Part shown: positions 44,570-64,000 of the stretch, one piece after another
Layout: the number at the start of each line of letters is the position of its first letter
Numbering within the stretch: position 1 is the stretch's first letter
NCBI GenBank assembly: GCA_963693365.1
Contig: CAVNZM010000001.1
Span: 15,238,418-15,302,417, forward strand
Source: Amoebidium appalachense
Taxonomy: Eukaryota > Protista > Ichthyosporea
Direction: 5' to 3'
DNA length: 64,000 nt
Translations under genes and position numbers: made by a program
Notes under the pieces: model-generated
Database searches by the model: none
What the model was told of the DNA's origin: nothing
The model's input: the letters and a program-made list of their open reading frames with translations, nothing else

Positions 44570-45855
44570 AAGTCTATGGCTGATAGATACCTTTTTACTT
44601 TACGTGTCGAGTCCCTCCCAGTGTTAGGTCAGCAAAAACACCAGTAGCCTGTATGGCGGATACGGTTGCTCCTATATAGATTCGTTTATTCATGATGTTG
44701 TGTCGTATAGATATGCAAAGATGATTATGCCTTGGCGTTGTAATCGGTTTTTGGTGTCTCCTGCTCGTATGTGTAATATGTATGTGTGGGGGGCGGTTTA
44801 CTCGCGGATGCTTATCTATCAATAAGTGGGTTACTTTACACACTTTTTATTGCGTCGGAGGCCCAGCCACATTCGACGGCCTACTGTGTTTTTCCAGCGC
44901 AGCCAATCAAATGCAGCCAGTGACATATGTACATGTACATGTTAGGCAACAATGAGCGCCATCGTAATATATGACACCCCTATTACATATTATGGGTAAG
45001 CAGAGGCTAGCATCGGTAGCTCCGAAAGAAAGTTAAGGCACCGGATCACAATATCATACTGTGCAGCATTAATAAGGTGATCTAGGATGGTCATCTTAAA
45101 ACGGATATATTGAGGAAGAGAGGAAGAAAAGAGAATAAAGCCGCCAATAACTTCCGGTTCTAATACGTTAGCTAACAGGTTGCACTTATTGATAGATATG
45201 CAGCCGCGAGTAAACCGCCCCCCACACATATTACACATACGAGCAGGAGACACCAGAAACCGATTACCCCGCCAATCCATAATAATCATCTTGGCGTTTT
45301 TACACCACACCACATTACGAATAAACGAATCTATGTATGAACGATACTCTCTAACCGTATCCGCCATATAGGCTACTAGTAGTTGGTGTTTTTGCGGTCC
45401 TAACACCGGAAGGGACTCAACACGTAGAGTAAAAAGATATGTATCAGCCATAGACTTGAAATGACCTGTTAGCTAATGTGGTAGAACCGGAGGTTATGAG
45501 CGGCTTTATTCTCTTTTCTACTTCTTTCCCCCGGCATATCCGTTATAAAATGACCGTGTTAGATCACCTTATTAATGCTGCACAGTATGATATTGTGATA
45601 CGGTGTCTTAACTTTCTCTCGGAGCTACCGATGCTAGCTTTTGCTTATCCATAATCTACCTATACTAGGGTTGTTTTATTGCATACAGTCACGGCCATCT
45701 AGAAACAGATGGCCGTGCATACAGTGTACATAAGTCACTAGCTGCATTTGATTGGCTGCGCTGGAAAATGCAGTAGGCCGTCAAGTGTCAAGTGAGGCTG
45801 GGCCCCTGACGAATTAGTGACGATGTCCGCAGCAATACAAAGTGCATAAACCCCC
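44570..45855. mobile_element. Nested, oppositely oriented pair of LINE 3'-end fragments
   Basis: The minus copy 44829-45463 (ORF 44990-45451) reads WRGNRF...FTRGCISINKCNLL...ILDHLINAAQYDIVIRCLNFL, matching the ORF2 C-terminus WRSNKY...FNRSCIAKCSLI...ILDFILNTRNYDLFIRCIDWL. The plus copy is split into 44570-44828 and 45464-45855. Confidence 0.8.
45690..45717. mobile_element. 28-bp hAT-like minimal TIR element or footprint
   Basis: CACGGCCATCT-AGAAAC-AGATGGCCGTG (perfect 11-bp inverted repeat) flanked by the 8-bp direct repeat CATACAGT. It is absent from the paralogous inverted copy nearby. Confidence 0.7.
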
Positions 45856-45971
45856 GAGCCTCCGACGAATTATTATTACATATAAGTTTTCAATGAGATA
45901 TATGAATCTATTACATAATGACTTTTTTTATTGAGAAGCTCATTAAAAGAGAAGCATATGATTCGAGATTT

Positions 45972-46197
45972 TTCTTCTTCTTTTGACTGTTAAAACTTTC
46001 CGGAATAGGGTGGGCATCCGATCCTTGACTACCCCGGTTGGATTTAGCTTAGAGGGCCATTGCTATAGTTCTGCACCCAGGCGAGTCCCATCAGCGCATC
46101 CGATCGCCAATGCGCTAGGCTATAGCTACATCCCGGGCTTCGAACCAGGTGCCTCCTGCGTCGGAGGCGAGGAGCTTACCCGTTCGGCCACAGCGGC
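45972..46197 (-). mobile_element. tRNA-derived SINE
   Basis: Head with A box TGGCCGAACGG and B box GGTTCGAAGCC, anticodon-like loop CT-CCG-AC and a degenerate acceptor stem. A-rich tail AAAAGAAGAAGAA. 9-bp TSD TCGAGATTT at 45963-45971 and 46198-46206. Confidence 0.85.
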
Positions 46198-47046
46198 TCG
46201 AGATTTCACAGATATCTCAGAGAAGATTTTTTTTTACATTTTTTTTTAAAATCCCCATGCATGTATGTATATGGTAATAAGTTGGGGATAGGTTCCCTAA
46301 AGCTCAGAATTTCGTTACAAAAAGAGGTCAATAAAAAGCATGCAAGCACTGGAACGCGTAAACGAATACTCCTGTACACCGGGCGCCTCCCGCCCTGGCC
46401 CGTAGAACCGCACGGCCCTCTTTTTTCAGACGTGACAACCGCCGCACTTGAAGAAGTTGGGTTAGGGGGATATCGACAATAATTGTAGCCAATCAAATCA
46501 TCACCTACGGATAAATAGAGCCGGAGAGGAATCCGTTAGGAATTCAAAAGCTTTCAGAATTTCGATCATGAGTCAGAGTCAGAAAGTTATTCAGTAAACT
46601 TCTTTTATGCATTACACACGTTGTATATGGGTTTTATATAGAACACAAAATAGAATTTCATTCCTCAAAGCCTTCCATATGCATAACTGCCTGTTTGATT
46701 TTCGCAGGCCAAGCAATCTTTCTATCATACTTTCTGCGGCCTTCGAATTGTCAATGTCAAGCAGTGAATCGATTGGCGGAAAGCTTATTGGTCGAGAAAA
46801 GTGTTACAAGAACATTGTTGATTGGTTACAGAAATGGTTTTCTGATAGAGGATTGGGCAAGAAATCTGAGTGGCTGCTGGCAGCATTGCGCTGGATATAT
46901 AACCGAGCCGTTGTATCGCTTGGTCCAGTCAGTTTTCCACCTTCCAAGCTCGTTCCTGTTCAGTCTCAGCACAACTGCATAGTTTACCACTAGACTACAC
47001 GCAAGTACCCTCCAACCAAGCCTCAGGGCGCCCCCTTTTAGTCACT

Positions 47047-49485
47047 ATGGCTATGCGCGCGGCGCTTCTCTTGCCCGTTGCACTTTATGCTTCTGTGGCG
47101 GAGTCGAAACAGAAAGGGGAACTTGAGAATGCCTTCGACGTGTGGGATGTTGTTGATGGCGATGTTACAATCGACTCTGTAGATAAACAGTCAGTATGCA
47201 GCGAGGGATACGCATACAACAGCGCTAAAAATATGTGCGAGGATGTGGATGAATGCACCGCGGGCACTGCGCAGTGTGGTCTGTACGCACAATGCTTCAA
47301 CTCAAACGGCAGTTACGAGTGCTCGTGCAAATCCGGGTACACTGGCAATGGGCGCACTTGTAAACCAGCTTTCCGTGACAGAAGGTGCGGCCTTGGCTAC
47401 GCTTTCATGAAGGGAAAGTGTTACGATGTGAACGAGTGCTTCTCAAAGGAGTGGAATAGGTGCTCGGTGAACGCAGACTGTGTCAACACACGCGGGGGTT
47501 ATAGGTGCAAGTGCGCCTATGGATACAACGGCAACGGTGTGACGTGTGCACGGCCGGCTCCCTTCAGCTATTCTCCCGGCACCACCCCAACCACAACACT
47601 GCCCGCACCCACTACCACTGCAGCTACTACGTCTACCACAGCACCAGTGATTCCCGATCAGACCACCACAACAACCACCGTGCCGTCACCTACAACCACT
47701 ACTACCACCCAACCGACAACCACCACGACAAAAACGACCGCCACCACCACCACTACCACCACTCAGCCAACTACCACCACCACCACCACCACTCAGCCAA
47801 CTGCCACCACCACCACCACTACAATTACCACTCAGCCCACCACTACAATTACCACTCAGCCCACCACCACCACCACCACCACCACTCAACCCACCACCAC
47901 CACAACCACAACCACCCAGCCCACAACCACCACCACCACCACCACAACCACTCAACCCACCACCACCACAACCACCACCACCCAGCCCACCACCACCACC
48001 ACCACCACCACCACCACTCAACCCACTACCACCACTACCACCACTACCCAGCCCACAACCACCACCACCACCACTCAACCCACCACCACCGCTCAACCCA
48101 CCACCACCACCACTACCACTACCACTACCACCACAACCACAACCACAACCACAACCACAACCACACCCAAGCCAACCACAACCACCACCACAACCACCAC
48201 CACCACGGCTGCCCCTACCACCACCGCCAGCGCTACCGGTACAGCAGAAATTGACAGTATCGAAAGCACCGACCCATGCTACGGTCTCGTCGACTCTCAA
48301 GGTCGCCGTGTTCGCAAGGAGTGGCGCGAACTTACCAAGGTGCAGAAGGGTCAATACATTGAGGCCGTCCGCACGCTCATTCGCACCGGCCAGTACCGCG
48401 CGCACATCCCCATGCACGAGGCCGATATTATCGATCCCTTCGGCCACCAGAGCAACGCTTTCCTCGCGTGGCACCGTCACTTCATTTGGATGTTCGAAAA
48501 CCAGCTCCGCGCCCTCGGCGGCAACTTCAGCTGCATTACCCTCCCCTACTGGGATTGGACTATGGACGTGAAGGAGGACATTTTTGCCACCCCCAAAATC
48601 TCCGTTATTGAGGAGCTCGGCGGCACTGGTGACGAGAGCACATGCATTCTCGACGATTTCTTTGGTAAGCTGCGCTTCGGCCAGAACGAGTGTGTTACCC
48701 GCCCGTTCAAGCATGCCCGCGGCTGGCGCCCGCCTGGTCCCATTGAGGTCGCCGCGGGCATCGTCGGCCGCACCAATTTCCAGAGCTTCTCTGACCTGCA
48801 CAAGGGTTGGCATGCCATTATCCACAACCGCATTCGCGGGACTATGATGGACGTTGCTTATTCTCCCAACGACCCCATCTTCTGGCTCCATCACACCATG
48901 GTCGATAAGATCTGGGCTACGTGGCAATCGTGCCACAACACAAACCGTGAGGTTCCCACCAACGGCGCCGTCCCGGCGGACGTCTACAGTCAGAATTTCA
49001 TCGAGCTCGACCACGGATTCGACACGCAGCTCATGCTCTTCCCCACCCTCGTCACCCCTCGCATGGTGAACAACATTCATCGCATTGGCTACACCTACTC
49101 CGGCGATCGCATGGATGTCGCTTCCGGGTGGACGGAGCTTTCCAAGTGCCCCTTCCCCATCCCCTGGGCTTCCAACACCAACCGCGCCGTCCGCGCCGCC
49201 GACGTTATTTCTCAGCACGAGCTCGCCAGGCCCGTCAGCGCGATGCTCGTGAATGCGACGGTTTCAGATGAGGAGAAGGTGGAAATGCAAAAGGTCGCCG
49301 TGACGGTGGAGAGAATTGTCGAGCACACAAAGGCAACGCTTGGCACAACAAACACAAATCAGGTGCTTGCCGCTGCCGCCAAGCTTGAGTGCAAGGTGTT
49401 TTTGCCCTACGGCCCCGTGGATGAGCCGCTCAAGCGCATGCTTGGTATTAGCCATGTTAAGATGCCGTGCGAAGATGACGCGTAA
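47047..49485 (+). CDS. Secreted EGF-Ca / mucin-like / tyrosinase (type-3 copper) protein, 812 aa, intronless
   Basis: Signal peptide, two calcium-binding EGF modules (DVDEC...[23 protein letters not shown]; DVNEC...[23 protein letters not shown]) and a long Thr-rich stalk. CuA: H...GH...FLAWHR; LPYWDW; CuB: WHAIIH...DPIFWLHH. Confidence 0.95.
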   Translation: MAMRAALLLPVALYASVAESKQKGELENAFDVWDVVDGDVTIDSVDKQSVCSEGYAYNSAKNMCEDVDECTAGTAQCGLYAQCFNSNGSYECSCKSGYTGNGRTCKPAFRDRRCGLGYAFMKGKCYDVNECFSKEWNRCSVNADCVNTRGGYRCKCAYGYNGNGVTCARPAPFSYSPGTTPTTTLPAPTTTAATTSTTAPVIPDQTTTTTTVPSPTTTTTTQPTTTTTKTTATTTTTTTQPTTTTTTTTQPTATTTTTTITTQPTTTITTQPTTTTTTTTQPTTTTTTTTQPTTTTTTTTTTQPTTTTTTTTQPTTTTTTTTTTQPTTTTTTTTQPTTTTTTTQPTTTAQPTTTTTTTTTTTTTTTTTTTTTTPKPTTTTTTTTTTTAAPTTTASATGTAEIDSIESTDPCYGLVDSQGRRVRKEWRELTKVQKGQYIEAVRTLIRTGQYRAHIPMHEADIIDPFGHQSNAFLAWHRHFIWMFENQLRALGGNFSCITLPYWDWTMDVKEDIFATPKISVIEELGGTGDESTCILDDFFGKLRFGQNECVTRPFKHARGWRPPGPIEVAAGIVGRTNFQSFSDLHKGWHAIIHNRIRGTMMDVAYSPNDPIFWLHHTMVDKIWATWQSCHNTNREVPTNGAVPADVYSQNFIELDHGFDTQLMLFPTLVTPRMVNNIHRIGYTYSGDRMDVASGWTELSKCPFPIPWASNTNRAVRAADVISQHELARPVSAMLVNATVSDEEKVEMQKVAVTVERIVEHTKATLGTTNTNQVLAAAAKLECKVFLPYGPVDEPLKRMLGISHVKMPCEDDA

Positions 49486-50550
49486 GTTCAATTTTTTATT
49501 ATTTAAGTTGGAAAAAAAAAAGAAAACACCGTTTTTCTATTTCGTATTTAAATATTAGCATATATCGGATCCTCTGTGAGGACCAACCCTTTTGAATCGA
49601 TTGTAAAACTCAAAGAATTTATACCTGTCCGTGACAAGGTACTATTTAAACATTAAATTAAATTGCTTTAAGACCATGAAGCCAAAAAAAGCTTCATTTT
49701 AGTAAATTAAATTGCTTTAAGACCATGAAGCCAAAAAAAGCTTCATTTTAGTCGGCCTGCTAATCCTTAAGTATACCTGCCCACCAGCACAACCACATGC
49801 GTGCGCAAGTTCCCATGGCATACTGATGTACTTTGTAATAAAGCCGGGTGCATTCTGAGTGCAGTGGTGAGGTGCTGACCACCTGAAATCTTGTGTTTGT
49901 GTTGGGGGGGTTTTTTTGTTGTTATTTGCTTGTTCTTTTTTACCACCTGGCTTCCTTACGGGTCCTCCCCCGACACATGGCATGCATCAGCTGCCAAATA
50001 CATGTAGTGTGTGTTTCACGGTTTGTGTGTGTGTGTGTGAGTGGGTGTGCATGTGCGCGTGTTTTTTCGTGCATATTTGTGTGGGTGTGTAGGTGGGTGC
50101 GTGTGCTTACTCGCGTCCGTACGTGCGTGTGTGCGCGCATGCGTGCGTGCGCGCGTGCTTGTTGAAACTCTGCTGTTTATGTATCACCCCCCCCACACAC
50201 ACACCCACACACACCCACACACACCCTTCCCTTGCGCATGCCCTCTTATTTACTTACTGCCCCTCCGAGCCTGTTTTACACAACAGGCTGATTCCCCTGA
50301 AAGCTAACAACGCCGTGAACCAGCCCGAAAAGCCATTATGCTGATGTACTCCAGCCACATCCAACTGCAGGCCCTCGTTGTTGTGTGTGTAGCATCGATC
50401 TGGAGCCCTCAAAAAGATATGTAGAATTAATATAGCTATGGTGGAAGGGAGGGGGGTGGGAGGGGGGGGTGCGCGCGCATGTGTGTGCGGTGTGGTGGTG
50501 GTGGTGGTGGTGGTGGTGGTGGTAGTGGTGGTGTGTGTATGTGGGTTGGT

Positions 50551-50581
<31 letters not shown>

Positions 50582-51547
50582 GAGGGGGGGGGGAAGGGGG
50601 GAGGGGATGAAGACAAAATTCGTACCAAATGTGTACCATTATGTGTCAATTGGTTCTTATGTGGAAAACTCATGCCAGAATCCAATCGAAATTCTGGGAG
50701 TGGAGGGGCCTACAGTGTTCTTCCGGGCTGTTGTTGTTGTGTGTGTGTGTGACACTGTGTGTGTGTGCCCGACCGGGGGGAGGGGGGAGGGGGGGGGCGG
50801 CTTCTTTCGGGCACGACTCGGAGTTTTCAAACGTTGTAACTTCATTATGAAGGTGAATATCAGCACTGCTGCCTCTGGGCGGGGCTGTATAAACCATGAA
50901 CACATACTGTATGAAGCCAATTTTTTCAAAAGCCCCCCCCCCCCCCCCCCCCCCCTCCTCTTCCCTCCCCACCCACCAACCCACCAACCCACCTACCCCT
51001 TCCACCCCGCGGCCCCCTTTTCCTTGTCTTCCCTTTCCCTGTCTCCTTCCTTTTCCCCCAGTTCTTCTTTTACTTTTACTTTACTTTACTTTTCTTTTCT
51101 TTTTCTTCAACTGGGGAGGGTGGGGGGTGAGAGTGGGGGGGGGGGGGGGGGGAGAGGGTGGGGGCGAGGGGCAAGGGGGGGGGGGGGGGGGGGGGGGGTC
51201 TCGGAGGAGGGGGAGGCAGTTTGATTTGCATATCATAGTATATATTGAATTTGCAGCGTCCTGCCGTGTAGTGCTGCTGGGCTAGGACAGCGCTAAGTGG
51301 GCAAGGGAAGGGGAAAAAAAAACACAAATTTTTTTTTTATATATGTAAAATGACATATCCCACCCAATTGCAGCGGTGGCGGTGGATTTAGCCTGCTGCA
51401 GTACATAGCGGCAAGTCAATAAAATAAAACGAAAAAAATTACGGCATGTAGAAGGGTGAGTTACATGTGAGGTGTTGTGAGGAAGAAGATACCCTGCGAC
51501 TCGGATAATAAATACGAGATCATGGGTGGCCATGGGGTGATGGAACG

Positions 51548-51585
<38 letters not shown>

Positions 51586-51617
51586 GAGTCCAGGGAGTCA
51601 GGGGGAAGACTCTGGCT

Positions 51618-51652
<35 letters not shown>

Positions 51653-51780
51653 GGGGGGGAAGGAGATTTCAAGATGGCCGTGGTGGTGGTGGGTGACCGT
51701 AACGTTTTTGTTTCTTTTTTTTTTTCTTTTTTTTGTGGGCCGACGGGGGGCCGGGGGGCCAAAGGGCCGCGGCGCCGGGG

Positions 51781-51818
51781 ATTGGGCCATCCGATTGGCT
51801 GATTTGAATTTTTGGCGC
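51781..51818 (+). promoter_or_regulatory. Possible CCAAT/CHR/E2F motif cluster about 0.5 kb upstream of the PALB2-like ATG
   Basis: ATTGG twice, TTTGAA and TTTGGCGC within 38 bp. It could instead be transposon subterminal sequence. Confidence 0.25.
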
Positions 51819-52305
51819 GAATTCGTCCGGCCATCTCATGAGGAAGTTGAAAGTTCAACCTACCTATAGGATAGGTCTCAGGGTGTTTCTAGATGGCCGT
51901 GGTCTCAGGCATTGTTCCCACCGCAGGCCTGAGCTCGGCAAGTCCACTTGTAACATGTTATAGTAATAGTAAGTGTGCGCGAGAATTTAATAGCATTAGC
52001 GTGGTGTCTTTATGCAGGCACGAATCACATAATCAAAGCAAACTGCGGTCGTGTTTCTTTGTGCACTCCACCCCCACAAGCACCACGAGCAAATGTTTCC
52101 ATTCTCAAGGTTGTAGCCTAGTACCGCTGAGCACAAAACAATTCGCTACAGCGTTCACCGTGTCCGAATAGATAACCCAAAAACACAACAGAAAAGCACG
52201 CCTCTTCCCAATCATCTTCTTTTTCTTCTTTTCTTCTTCTTCTTCTTTTTTTCCTTTCGCGTAAGCCTTGACGTCATGTAGCCCCCATACGTGCAGGCTG
52301 TAGCC

Positions 52306-63510
<11,205 letters not shown>

Positions 63511-63702
63511 GTGTGTGCTCATCTCCCCCCCCCCCCCCCCCCCTCCCCCCCCCCCCCCCCCCCCCTCCCTCCAGCTTCTTTCCCCCAACTATCTCTGCAC
63601 CCTTTATCCTGTCCTCCCCCCCCCCCCCCCCCCTCCCCCTTCGGCCACCCGCCCCCTCCCCTACTCCACCCCAAACCACCGTCTCCCCACCCTTCTCCTT
63701 CC

Positions 63703-63739
<37 letters not shown>

Positions 63740-63810
63740 CACAAGCCAGGACACTTGCGCGCAAACCACCGTGGGGCGACGTGCATACCTTCTCCCCCCC
63801 CCCCCCCCCC

Positions 63811-63917
63811 TGAGGATGGGCTCTGCTTATTATGCATACTCTTTATGTATGGCTTGCATTCTGCATCGTGTTATCCGTTTGTTCTTGTGTACTTCGTACT
63901 TTTTGACGCATTCAAAA
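63811..63917 (+). mobile_element. C-run-associated repeat, copy E (shortest)
   Basis: Almost identical to the 3' half of copy D. Ends GCATTC-AAAA and is embedded in C-runs. Confidence 0.7.
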
Positions 63918-64000
63918 CCCCCCCCCCCCCCCCTCCCCCCTCCCCCCCCCCTCCCCCCCCCCCCCCCTCTTTCCCCCCCCCCCCCCCTCCCCCTACCCAC

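Noticed and set aside
46125-46197. Functional tRNA-Arg(CCG) gene
   Set aside because: The acceptor and anticodon stems are mismatched, and the sequence continues into a tail with a TSD, so it is a SINE head.
47686-49218. 510-aa antisense ORF (also 39865-40752 and 7700-8395)
   Set aside because: Shadow ORFs opposite real genes with biased codon usage.

Overview
Intron-rich eukaryotic genomic DNA saturated with poly-G/poly-C, (CA/TG)n and (CT/GA)n tracts. Most ORFs in the supplied track are artefacts of these repeats. By following GT-AG junctions and reading phase by hand I can reconstruct four spliced genes: a TMEM14-family gene (-), an SBK/NKF1-like Ser/Thr kinase (-), a PH/FERM-C-like fragment (+), and a PALB2-like gene (+, runs off the right end). 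There are three intronless genes: a multi-pass membrane protein, a secreted Pro/Ala-rich protein, and a secreted EGF-mucin-tyrosinase fusion. Mobile DNA includes an apparently intact two-ORF APE/RT LINE, LINE relics, a dead pogo-like transposon, a tRNA-derived SINE with TSD, a 2.9-kb TIR element and a 28-bp hAT-like mini-element. The most unusual signal is a five-copy retroposon-like family that always sits in C-runs, has a fixed 3' end and variable 5' truncation, and carries a long stem plus pseudoknot supported by compensatory changes between two diverged subfamilies. Gene content suggests a holozoan, possibly unicellular, but that is inference. Homopolymer lengths may be unreliable, and reference protein sequences are quoted from memory.
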